IMG/VR virus record: IMGVR_UViG_3300009149_000014
Span: 1 to 64,000 of that record
Source of the DNA: a virus
Strand: one strand, 5' to 3'
Length of the DNA stretch: 64,000 nucleotides
Both the position numbers and the translations under genes were made by a program. The first letter of the stretch is position 1. Each line of letters begins with the position of its first letter. Shown one piece after another: positions 10,158-19,503 of the stretch. The notes under the pieces are model-generated. The model was given only the letters and a program-made list of their open reading frames with translations. It made no database searches and had not been told where the DNA came from.

Positions 10158-10804
10158 TGGCAAAATTCGAACTGTTGTGTTCAAAAGATCAAGTAGCCGT
10201 TATCAAGATCGGCAACTCTATTTATTATGTCGATCTTGATAACCATTTTGATGTTCTGGTCTATGATTCTGAGTTTAACAAACAAAATATTATAGTTCCA
10301 GAATACTGGCTTCCCGAGGTCACTCGTGGTGAAGCTACTCTCGCCGTGCTTAAAGCCAGCATGACTGCGTATGAGAATGGGTTTAATGCTGGATACTCTA
10401 TTAAATCAAAGCGTCATTTCAAGCACTTTGCTGAGAAATTGGCTCAATCGATGATGAATCCTGAACTTGCCAAACGCATTGTTCAGCTTTTTTGGGTCGA
10501 GCTTCGCCCATTTGATGTTATCAAGGACATGGTGGCTAAAATTGTTTCGAACGAACAAATTCGTTCGAAAACGGCTCGTGCTTCGCGTATGACCCTTGAT
10601 CGATATATTCCTCGTGCTGCATTTGAAGGTGACAAAGAATATCGTGACAAAATATTCACAATTATACAAGACATGGAACCTGTAACATTTGATCCTACTG
10701 ATGAACTCCTCAACGTTTTAGATCTTGAGGACACAGATGTGCCACATCTGATACAAAATATCGACAAAATAGTGGGATTACGAACCAATGCCAGAACCGA
10801 GTGA
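10157..10804 (+). CDS. hypothetical protein
   Basis: 215 aa ORF coupled by TAATG to the actin-like gene. Confidence 0.6.
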   Translation: MAKFELLCSKDQVAVIKIGNSIYYVDLDNHFDVLVYDSEFNKQNIIVPEYWLPEVTRGEATLAVLKASMTAYENGFNAGYSIKSKRHFKHFAEKLAQSMMNPELAKRIVQLFWVELRPFDVIKDMVAKIVSNEQIRSKTARASRMTLDRYIPRAAFEGDKEYRDKIFTIIQDMEPVTFDPTDELLNVLDLEDTDVPHLIQNIDKIVGLRTNARTE

Positions 10805-13388
10805 GTATATAGGACCCTCTGGTTTTGCTCATCTTCACAGTCATTCGATTTATAGTGCTCTTGACGGTGTAGCAACTATTGATGAGTATGCTGAGAAATG
10901 CGTAGAACGTGGCTGGTCTGGTATGGCTCTCACCGAACATGGTCATATGGGTTCGTTGCCCGATTTCTACTTCAAATTCAAGGAACATGGGCTCAAGGCG
11001 ATACCAGGGTGTTTCTTGCCTCTACAGCCTGTTTTGACAGATTCTGGCGTAGTGGATATCGAGGATCTTGTTGATGGCCATCGCTTATTGACTCACAAGA
11101 ATGGTTTCCAACCAGTATTGAATTTGCAATCTAGAGCCTTTAAAGGCGACATGGTTGTATTAAAATCTTGGGGTGTTGAGGACATAACTTGCACATCTGA
11201 ACATCCTTTTTTAGTTAGAGAAGTCAAGCGTAGAAAGATCAAAAAAGGTGTTTGGGAGGATGATATAACGGTAGGATGGTATAAGGCTGGTGAGCTATTT
11301 AGGGAGAAATACCACCGGACGTATGATACCAAAAAGAGTAAAAATAGAGACAACAAAAGGCGATATCGTTTTTATTTGTGTGTCCCTAGGCCAAATGGCT
11401 CTGGAATTGATAATGTTCCTGTCGATTCTAATTGTTTCCTCGAAAATCATGATTTGACTTTCGAGGGCGATATTATTAGATCTGTGAAGTATCACGGGAA
11501 ATATCGTAATGAATATTCTGTCAATTTGCCTCGGAAACTTGAGCTTGATGAGGAACTTCTATGGATAATGGGTCTATGGTTAGCAGAAGGAACTGAGAAA
11601 AATGGTTTACATTTTCATCTCAGTTCTGACGAGTTCCATTTTTGCGAGAGAATAACAGAATATTTTGCACAATTTGGTATTAAAACATCTCACGCATTTA
11701 GAAATGGCGATGGCGAAAAAACACCCAGAGAAGCTTTAGATGTTTCTGTTTACTCAGTCTATTTTGGTCGCTTATTTGTCAATTTGTTCGGAGAATATTT
11801 CGATCGAAAATCTATACCATCAGATTGGTTGCTTGGATTGTCAAGAGATCAATCAAAATGGTTATTAGATGGCCTCTTCGATGGGGATGCTAAAGTTTGT
11901 AAAGATCAGAGTTATTTGAAACTATGTAATAGAACTTTAGTTTGGCAGGCCAGAGTCTTATTGTCTGCGATTGGTCAATATTCCGCTGTTTCAGAAATCC
12001 CAAACAATAATTCTGATAATATTGGTTATTGTATTCGTCGAAGAGAATCCGGGCATTTTTATTATGATCTAGATGACGATTTTATCTATTTGCCTGTCTA
12101 TGATATCGACAAGTTGGAATACGACGGCCTTGTTTATAATGCTCAAGTAAAAGATGACAATTCCTATAATGTTGGAGTTGCTTGTCATAATTGTGAGATT
12201 TATTTCAACGACTTCGAGCCTCAGCGACAGAAGTTGGTCGAGCAGGGCATTAAAATGAAGAGTCAGGCATGGCGTGTCGAGAATTTTGAACTTGCGACTC
12301 GTATCAATCGTAATCGTCACCTTACTGTATTGTGTAAGAATGAGATCGGATTACATAATCTTCTTAAGTTGACCACTGAAGCATATGATGATGGTTTGTT
12401 CGGTGCTGGAAGCCGCAAAATGAACCGCATCTGGTTCGATAAATTGTGTAAATATCGCGAAGGTCTTATTATCTTAAGTGGATGCTTAAATGGTCCAGTC
12501 GCCCATGAATTGAGATATAAGCAGCTCGTAGACAAAGAAGGCAATATTATCGTTGAGACTACTCGAAAAGAACGATTTATTGCAGCGGCTAATTATGTAA
12601 AGAAATTCAAGGATGTCTTCGGCGAGGATTATTATATTGAGCTTCAAATGCCTGGGATCGAAGACGATCATGAGGTGTTTTGGGATTTAGTGGGTTTAGC
12701 TGATTTCTTTAAATTGAAGCTGGTGCTTGCGAACGACTCGCACTATATTCAACGTAAAGACTTTCAAATTCAAAAGATCATGATGGCAACGGCTCAGGGG
12801 ACTACTGTTGATTCCCCTGATTTGTTTCATGTGAATAGCGATGAACAGTTTTTTAAGACCAGGGCTGAACTTTGGGCTTATTTTAACAATAATCGTTATT
12901 GCGAAAAGGTTAGTGGTAGCCAATTCGAAGCAATGTGTGATACCACTCTTGAGATTGTTGATAAATGTGAGAAAGTTGAGCTTGATGGTAATCCTAAATT
13001 CCCTAGGATTACTGATGATGCGACTAAATTGACTGAGATCGTCTTTAAGGCTTTGCGAACCAAAGGCTTGGACAAAATTGATCGTAAATTCATTATTGAC
13101 GGTCGTGAGGTAACGTATACCACACAAGCAACTATCGAATTAACACGGTTTATCTCAAAAGGGTTCGCAAGTTATTTCTTGATCACTCAAGATTTAATTA
13201 TGTACGGGAAATCCAGGGGCTGGATTTTCGGCCCCCGAGGTAGTGCTGGTGGCAGCTTAGTTTGTTATTTGCTTGGATTGTCATCCATCGACCCATTGAA
13301 ATGGGATTTGTCTTTCGACCGATTCTTGTCTGAGGCTCGTGGTGGATATCGTCTCAATGCTTCTATGCCTAAACCGGTTTCAACATGA
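10788..13388 (+). CDS. dnaE: DNA polymerase III alpha, N-terminal part (PHP domain plus first palm segment), intein-containing
   Basis: HLHSHSIYSALDG, LTEHG, PG/CEIY, ILSGCLNG, NDSHY, GPRGSAGGSLVCYLLG, FDRFLSEAR. Ends just before the catalytic PDxDxD. Confidence 0.93.
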   Translation: MPEPSEYIGPSGFAHLHSHSIYSALDGVATIDEYAEKCVERGWSGMALTEHGHMGSLPDFYFKFKEHGLKAIPGCFLPLQPVLTDSGVVDIEDLVDGHRLLTHKNGFQPVLNLQSRAFKGDMVVLKSWGVEDITCTSEHPFLVREVKRRKIKKGVWEDDITVGWYKAGELFREKYHRTYDTKKSKNRDNKRRYRFYLCVPRPNGSGIDNVPVDSNCFLENHDLTFEGDIIRSVKYHGKYRNEYSVNLPRKLELDEELLWIMGLWLAEGTEKNGLHFHLSSDEFHFCERITEYFAQFGIKTSHAFRNGDGEKTPREALDVSVYSVYFGRLFVNLFGEYFDRKSIPSDWLLGLSRDQSKWLLDGLFDGDAKVCKDQSYLKLCNRTLVWQARVLLSAIGQYSAVSEIPNNNSDNIGYCIRRRESGHFYYDLDDDFIYLPVYDIDKLEYDGLVYNAQVKDDNSYNVGVACHNCEIYFNDFEPQRQKLVEQGIKMKSQAWRVENFELATRINRNRHLTVLCKNEIGLHNLLKLTTEAYDDGLFGAGSRKMNRIWFDKLCKYREGLIILSGCLNGPVAHELRYKQLVDKEGNIIVETTRKERFIAAANYVKKFKDVFGEDYYIELQMPGIEDDHEVFWDLVGLADFFKLKLVLANDSHYIQRKDFQIQKIMMATAQGTTVDSPDLFHVNSDEQFFKTRAELWAYFNNNRYCEKVSGSQFEAMCDTTLEIVDKCEKVELDGNPKFPRITDDATKLTEIVFKALRTKGLDKIDRKFIIDGREVTYTTQATIELTRFISKGFASYFLITQDLIMYGKSRGWIFGPRGSAGGSLVCYLLGLSSIDPLKWDLSFDRFLSEARGGYRLNASMPKPVST
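11010..12191 (+). mobile_element. intein (394 aa) with LAGLIDADG endonuclease in the DnaE PHP domain
   Basis: Begins CFLPLQPV after IPG; block B TSEHPF; motifs GLWLAEG and DGLFDGDA; ends VACHN before +1 Cys (CEIYF). Confidence 0.92.
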
Positions 13389-14371
13389 TTAGAATACAAT
13401 ACAAAGACGCAATTATCAATGGCCAATTATACTGTACTCTCCAAGTGCAGCGAGAAATGAATGAAGGCGAATACGCCATGTTATTCATGTCCCGATGGTT
13501 TGGCTCCGCCGAAGTTCTCCCACCAGGTGGCCGTGGCGAACTGCTCGCTCTAGCCGCTACCACCGGTTCTTATCGCCATGAGCTTTTATTGATTAGTCCA
13601 CCATTGGATCGCAATGCTGATAAAGTCCTTACAGATTGGCGAGCTAGATTTCAGCGTATTGAATATTGCGTCTGTGACGTTTCAGTCGAACAGATTTTGG
13701 CGGCTGAATGTCAAATACTTGCTGACTCTGACGAACGAGCTATTGTGGATGAAATCATGATCAAAAACTTGCCTCCCTCCGTCTTCTATGAATCTCATGA
13801 TGGCAAGCATAAAGCTAATCTCAGCGGTTCCCTAAACGATATTGAACCCAATGATTTTGTTTATGTTTTGGTTGAACCACCTGCCAAAATCATCGGATTC
13901 CGCCGTGCTTTTTCTAAAAAGCACCTTAGAGAGCTTGTGTCTCAAGCTAATGATCATGGACTCCTTATTTATTATAGTTCGTTCAAAATCGAAGGTCGTC
14001 ATACTGTCGCCGAAGGGCCTTGGGTATTATTACCAGCTTCCTTGCGAAATCTTGGTAAATCATCCGGTCCATCTGTCGATGTTGGTGATGTTGTGAGTAC
14101 ATCGGTCGATGTAGTAAATGATGACGAGACCAGCGACGATGGCGAGGTTAGCGATGAAAACAATGATCTCGAAACAACCAGCTCTGATGCCCCTGTTGTC
14201 TCGGTCGAGAATGTTATAACGTCTGATGATTCGGACAGTATTGTTCAAAATAAGGACGGTAAATTAATCTGTCCTTATTGTCAGAAAGAATTCAAAAAGG
14301 CGTTTGGTTTGTCAAACCACGTCAACTCAATTCACCCGGATCGCGTTGATGACTACAAGTCTCGCAAATAA
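13385..14371 (+). CDS. hypothetical protein with acidic linker and C-terminal C2H2 zinc finger
   Basis: CPYCQKEFKKAFGLSNHVNSIH fits C-x2-C-x3-F-x5-L-x2-H-x4-H. Confidence 0.7.
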   Translation: MIRIQYKDAIINGQLYCTLQVQREMNEGEYAMLFMSRWFGSAEVLPPGGRGELLALAATTGSYRHELLLISPPLDRNADKVLTDWRARFQRIEYCVCDVSVEQILAAECQILADSDERAIVDEIMIKNLPPSVFYESHDGKHKANLSGSLNDIEPNDFVYVLVEPPAKIIGFRRAFSKKHLRELVSQANDHGLLIYYSSFKIEGRHTVAEGPWVLLPASLRNLGKSSGPSVDVGDVVSTSVDVVNDDETSDDGEVSDENNDLETTSSDAPVVSVENVITSDDSDSIVQNKDGKLICPYCQKEFKKAFGLSNHVNSIHPDRVDDYKSRK

Positions 14372-17300
14372 GATAGAAACATGGGCAGAATTCGAAGAAT
14401 TGGTCAGGACCTCTTCGTCTCATTTGCCTCAAGACTATCAAAAACGCATTGAATTCGAATTATACGAGCTTAACAAACAGGGTCTTAATGGTTTGTGGCT
14501 CGAATATATTGCTACTGATGCAAAATTCGATTCGAATCCCAACAATTTGCTGATCCCGTGGGTTCTACAAATGTTGACTGATATGACAGATCCGATGACC
14601 CTTCGGACGTCACCATGTCTGGTCAGTACAAGCTATGATGAAGTTGCCGCTTATGTTGAAGAACATGGCGAACCTCCCCATGATTTCCTTAAAGATTCCG
14701 ATGTTCCGGATATCGACATTGATTGTCTCCCAGCAGCTCGTGATCCAATCAAGGATTATGCTATTCGTCGCTATGGTGATGGCGATTCATTAAGTGATTT
14801 GCAAGTTTGTAGTGTAGGCACATGGCAGACATACAAATTCAAAATGGCTATTCAAGACGCGGCCACCGCTTTAGGGTACATGCATCGGAAAGAGGCTGAA
14901 AAGCTTACGTCCAATCTACCTGAAGATCTCGATAACCTAAAACCGGGTGGTTTCGCTACATGCAAAGGCATTATTACCAATGATGCTGGTGAACACAAAG
15001 AATGCGGACATAAGCATTACAAATATCAATGTCCCAAATGTGGTAGTGAAATCACTGATGCTCCTACTCTTGAGCGATTACTCAAAGAAAATGAAGAACT
15101 GAACAAGTTCGCGATTCAATATCCATCTGTGATTGCATATGCCGCCAAAATGGTCGGTCGAATCCGCAACATGGGTATGCACGCTGGTGCTCTGATTATT
15201 GCCAATTCTAAATTGCTCGGTAATATCCCATTAGGCAAGAACAAAGCAGACGGCCCATGGGTGTCCATGTGGTCCGAAGGCAGTAATCAACAATTGTCGA
15301 AATGCGGATATATCAAGTGGGACATTCTTGGACTCAAGACTCTTGAGTATATTTACGATTGTTGCCGCATGATTAGGGTTAATCGCGGTATTTCTTTTGG
15401 TATTCCACAAGAAATCGAAGGTTATGGTGGTTGTTATGAATTGTCAGGTCTAGATGAAGTAGATCCCGAAGCTGATTATTGTGGCAAGTTTTATGGTCCG
15501 GATGGTGTTGAACATGAGATCAGATATAATGATTCTCATACTTACAAGCTTATTAATACCCAACGTACTGACACGATCTTTCAATTCGATACGTCTCTGG
15601 CTAAATCGATTTTGGCCGATGCATCCGAAGGTGACGGTGTTAGTGATCCACACCAATTGACATTGCTCAATGCTCTTGGCCATCCTGGTCCAATGCAATC
15701 TATTCCAAAAATTTTGGCGAATCGCGATGATCCATCTCAGTCATGGAAAGAAGAATTAAAATCTCGTTCTCCGATTATGTACGATATTCTTAAGACGACT
15801 TACGGACACGTATGTTTCCACGAGACAACTAAGATTACCAAAAGCAATGGTCAAGAATGCTACATTACTGATATTAAAGCGGGAGACACAGTATTTTCTG
15901 TAGACGAAGACAGAAATATTAATATTAATGAGGTTGAATGTTGTGGTCCGACATATTTCGGCGATGGTCTTTGTATCACTTTAAGCAACGGTTATAAATT
16001 CATTGTTACCGACAATCATGATGTTCCCACATATGATGGTGTATTGGACGCTTGTGATTTGCGAGTTGGGGACTTGCTCGGCGTACCAAAATCACTATCG
16101 GTTGATGTTGATAAAAAATTTGAAAATTGCGTTGATTGGCTTGGTGACCCAGAGGATGCTGCTTATTTAATAGGATTCTTGGTTGGTGATGGTTCATTGT
16201 CTGGGTCTGGTGTTTCAATATGCTGTGGCAACGACCCAAATATCACTAATATCTTAGAAGATTTTATTTCAAAGTCGTTTAAGCCTATTAATATTCATAA
16301 ATATTGGCATTGTAGATCATGGTATCTACAGTTGTCTACAGGTGTCAAGAAAGAGAAAAATTTTGACATCAGAACCTTTGTTGATAACATGGATTGGTGG
16401 CAAGAAGCTTATTCATCTTACTCTGGTCAAGATATTTCTGAATTTATCGGGAAAAGTGCGTGGTGGACCTATAAGAGGATTAGAGAGTTAGGTATTGATG
16501 TTACCGGTTCTTCAAAAAATCCTTGGAAGTCAAAATTCATTGACACCATTGACTATCTTGGTCTACGATGTTCGGTTTATCACAAGAGAATTCCACATCA
16601 AATACTATCCGCTTCAAGACAGATTAGACAATATTTTTTAGCTGGTTTAATAGAATCGGATGGCCATCTTTCTGAGAACGATGAATCTTGCTATGTATCG
16701 TCTATTAATGATGATTTGTTGGATGATATTAGATGTCTTTGTACCTCTTTGGGTATTGGAACACATTTTTCCGAACATCATAGAATCTATATATGGGACA
16801 CCAAAGAATTAGAATCTGCGATTAATGATAAATTATTATTTAAATCATTTAATAAATCTTTAACCAGCGGCTCACACTCATATTACGTTTCTAAATATGA
16901 ATTCCATCGATTGTTTAAAGATTCTGGTTTGTCGCAACGAAAGTTTGCTTGTGTTTATGGTATTGCTAGAAGCCATTTCAGAAACAATTCTTCGTTAATT
17001 TCGAAGAATGTCGCTGATAAAATTGGAGTATCAACAGGAGATTTGAATTATGTTAAAGTGACTCGTATTGATAGAGTCACTGGTCAGTATTTTTGGAATT
17101 TATCTGTAAAGAATGATCATAGTGTAATCGCAAATGGTGTATATCTTAAACAGTGTTATCAAGAGCAATTAACTGCTCTATGGCAACGGCTGGCTGGCTT
17201 TTCGGCCACAGAAGCTCAAGCGGCTCGTAAGGATATTGCTAAAAAGAAGATTCACAAACTTCCAGCAATTAAGGAAAAATGGGTGCGTGGTGCCACAAAA

Positions 17301-18461
17301 ACTCTTGGTGCAGATTTTGCAAATGATTATTGGTCAGTTTTAGAGACGTTTGGACGTTACGCTTTCAATCGTAGTCACGGTGTTGCATACGCCGCTATTA
17401 TTGCATATCGTTGCACATGGTTCAAGGCCCACTTTTTCCCCGAGTGGATCGCATCTGTTCTTAGTACCTGTGATCCGAAGAAAGCTCCACGTTATATTTC
17501 GATGGCTCGGGCTGAAGGATGGAGACCTACTGATATTACAAATATTGGTCGACCACCAGCGGAAGGTTATGAAAAATTCGATATTATCCCAGTAGATATC
17601 AACAACCTGAGCCCGAACTTTAGTGTGATTGGGAATGTTGTTTCTGTTGGTATGCTGTCGATTAAGGGTATCGGAGAATCAGATCGTGCCGTTGCAGAAA
17701 TGGACGCACATTTCGAATCGCTCGATGATTTTGTTGCGAAAACTAATGCTGGTAAGACTTTGGTCGAACGATTGATTCGGCTTGGTGCGTTTGAGAAAAT
17801 ACCAGGACATTCTAATAGTCGTGCATTGTGGTATTACTATTCATACACGCATAAGAAATTGAGCACGGCTGAACGTCGTGAATTATACCCAAAGCTATTG
17901 CAAGCTAGTGGTTGGACACCTGAAAAGATCGAGGACGAACGTGATCGGCAAGTTGATGCTTATCGCGAATTATATCCTAAGAAAAAAGAGCAGAATTATC
18001 CTAAAAAGGTGACTGAATGGATGCCTGCGGATAAGCATGATTTGTCCACATTCTGCGAAATGTTCGAAGATTATAAAATCGCCGAGATTATTACATTCGA
18101 AGACGAGTATCTTGGTTATCATTTGTCCAATCCATTGTTGATGTACGATACGAGAGCAAATAGAGATATTGACGGTTGTATTGAAGATTGTATGGTCAAT
18201 AAACCAGCATTTCTCGAATGTATTATCGTCGAGGTCAATCGTGGTGCGACACAAAAAGGTGACCCATATTGTCGTTTAAATGTTGCTGATGGAAGACAAA
18301 CCACAACAGTCTTCATTTGGAGCAACAATCTTGATCGCATTAATCCTGCTCTATTAAGAAAGGGTGTCGCGGTTATGATTCCAGTCGGTTATCAACCTAA
18401 ACGTAAATCTTTCACTATGCTCAAAGACAACGTAATCATCCCGTTGAATCGAAAAGACTAA
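14349..18461 (+). CDS. dnaE: DNA polymerase III alpha, C-terminal part (catalytic palm, thumb, fingers, HhH, OB), intein-containing
   Basis: PDIDID, GMHAGA, KWDILGLKTL, IFQF, YQEQ, YAFNRSH, SIKGIG, OB-like end. ATG 14349 preferred over TTG 14304. Confidence 0.92.
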   Translation: MTTSLANKIETWAEFEELVRTSSSHLPQDYQKRIEFELYELNKQGLNGLWLEYIATDAKFDSNPNNLLIPWVLQMLTDMTDPMTLRTSPCLVSTSYDEVAAYVEEHGEPPHDFLKDSDVPDIDIDCLPAARDPIKDYAIRRYGDGDSLSDLQVCSVGTWQTYKFKMAIQDAATALGYMHRKEAEKLTSNLPEDLDNLKPGGFATCKGIITNDAGEHKECGHKHYKYQCPKCGSEITDAPTLERLLKENEELNKFAIQYPSVIAYAAKMVGRIRNMGMHAGALIIANSKLLGNIPLGKNKADGPWVSMWSEGSNQQLSKCGYIKWDILGLKTLEYIYDCCRMIRVNRGISFGIPQEIEGYGGCYELSGLDEVDPEADYCGKFYGPDGVEHEIRYNDSHTYKLINTQRTDTIFQFDTSLAKSILADASEGDGVSDPHQLTLLNALGHPGPMQSIPKILANRDDPSQSWKEELKSRSPIMYDILKTTYGHVCFHETTKITKSNGQECYITDIKAGDTVFSVDEDRNININEVECCGPTYFGDGLCITLSNGYKFIVTDNHDVPTYDGVLDACDLRVGDLLGVPKSLSVDVDKKFENCVDWLGDPEDAAYLIGFLVGDGSLSGSGVSICCGNDPNITNILEDFISKSFKPINIHKYWHCRSWYLQLSTGVKKEKNFDIRTFVDNMDWWQEAYSSYSGQDISEFIGKSAWWTYKRIRELGIDVTGSSKNPWKSKFIDTIDYLGLRCSVYHKRIPHQILSASRQIRQYFLAGLIESDGHLSENDESCYVSSINDDLLDDIRCLCTSLGIGTHFSEHHRIYIWDTKELESAINDKLLFKSFNKSLTSGSHSYYVSKYEFHRLFKDSGLSQRKFACVYGIARSHFRNNSSLISKNVADKIGVSTGDLNYVKVTRIDRVTGQYFWNLSVKNDHSVIANGVYLKQCYQEQLTALWQRLAGFSATEAQAARKDIAKKKIHKLPAIKEKWVRGATKTLGADFANDYWSVLETFGRYAFNRSHGVAYAAIIAYRCTWFKAHFFPEWIASVLSTCDPKKAPRYISMARAEGWRPTDITNIGRPPAEGYEKFDIIPVDINNLSPNFSVIGNVVSVGMLSIKGIGESDRAVAEMDAHFESLDDFVAKTNAGKTLVERLIRLGAFEKIPGHSNSRALWYYYSYTHKKLSTAERRELYPKLLQASGWTPEKIEDERDRQVDAYRELYPKKKEQNYPKKVTEWMPADKHDLSTFCEMFEDYKIAEIITFEDEYLGYHLSNPLLMYDTRANRDIDGCIEDCMVNKPAFLECIIVEVNRGATQKGDPYCRLNVADGRQTTTVFIWSNNLDRINPALLRKGVAVMIPVGYQPKRKSFTMLKDNVIIPLNRKD
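15813..17153 (+). mobile_element. intein (447 aa) with LAGLIDADG endonuclease and atypical Lys-Gln C-terminus
   Basis: Begins CFHETTKI after TYGHV; block B TDNH; GFLVGDG and AGLIESDG; ends IANGVYLKQ before CYQEQ. Confidence 0.9.
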
Positions 18462-18919
18462 TGGCTCAACTTGAATCAAGAGACGGTGTTCGTTGTGATC
18501 TTTGTCACATGGTTCTTAAAACCAAATTCCAATATTACAGTTGTGATCTTAATCCTGTTCAAGTATTTCGCGGGATGGCTCCATCTACTTTGAAAGCGAA
18601 CCGGTCGAATCGGTTGCTATCTTTGGACTTATGTGGCAATTGCTATAACAAGTTCGCCAGTCGTATTATTGATGCTAATGCGAAATTACAATCTCACAAA
18701 CGACGCGGCAAAGCCGATTGCGAACTAACTGGTCAGCCAATTCCAGATGGCCCAGCTATTTTAGTATTTATCACCTTGATTGATGTTAATCTTGAGACGA
18801 AAAATGTAACGACCGATGCCAACCATCTGTCTTTTTTGATCTGCACTGATTTAAAATCTGAATTCGAGCCCAAGCCTTTACCGCCTTCTGCGGGCTCGTG
18901 GGAGACAAGCACAAAATGA
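18461..18919 (+). CDS. hypothetical Cys-rich protein
   Basis: CDLC, DLCGNC and CELTG motifs; coupled by TAATG. Confidence 0.6.
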   Translation: MAQLESRDGVRCDLCHMVLKTKFQYYSCDLNPVQVFRGMAPSTLKANRSNRLLSLDLCGNCYNKFASRIIDANAKLQSHKRRGKADCELTGQPIPDGPAILVFITLIDVNLETKNVTTDANHLSFLICTDLKSEFEPKPLPPSAGSWETSTK

Positions 18920-19503
18920 GCAATCCATTCGCAATGGTTTCTGGGGTTATCAAGGGAAACTTTGTGACTCTACGCCCTGTTCAATTTAATGATGACGATT
19001 ATGATAAAGAATATCGTCGTTCTAATGGCGAATTTATCCGTCCCACGATGGGAATGACTACATGTCCCATGTGTAGTGGATTAATCGAACAACACATACC
19101 TAGCGATGCTGACCTTACTAAACCAATTTCGGTATACTGCGACTCTTGTGAACCCTATATTCTAATTGCCCCGCCTCCGACATATCCTTTCCGTGATCCG
19201 ATCTCTTCCGAGACGTTGACTTTATTTCAAGTCAATCCTACAGCATTAAGCAATCTTGATGCCATGTTTTCTGATGATGGGGTCAAATCAGATGAACCAA
19301 TCGAAAACAGTATGGTCGAACGGAGAAGTGGGGGCCTTGGCCAATTTATTCGAAAACGACATCAATGGAAGAAGTTGACGCAGAAGATCGACACTGAATT
19401 GGGTCGAATGCTAGATACATCTGGTTCTGGCGGTGACGTATTCGATATAATGGGCGAATTGATGGACAATACGCCTACCCAATCAGAAGATTTTGATCAA
19501 TGA
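18916..19503 (+). CDS. hypothetical zinc-ribbon protein
   Basis: CPMC...CDSC; ATGA overlap with the upstream gene. Confidence 0.6.
   Translation: MSNPFAMVSGVIKGNFVTLRPVQFNDDDYDKEYRRSNGEFIRPTMGMTTCPMCSGLIEQHIPSDADLTKPISVYCDSCEPYILIAPPPTYPFRDPISSETLTLFQVNPTALSNLDAMFSDDGVKSDEPIENSMVERRSGGLGQFIRKRHQWKKLTQKIDTELGRMLDTSGSGGDVFDIMGELMDNTPTQSEDFDQ

Noticed and set aside
13330-14700. Split intein or self-splicing intron joining the dnaE halves
   Set aside because: No intein N-terminal block at the end of gene 1, no HN/C at the start of gene 2, and no non-coding space for an intron core.
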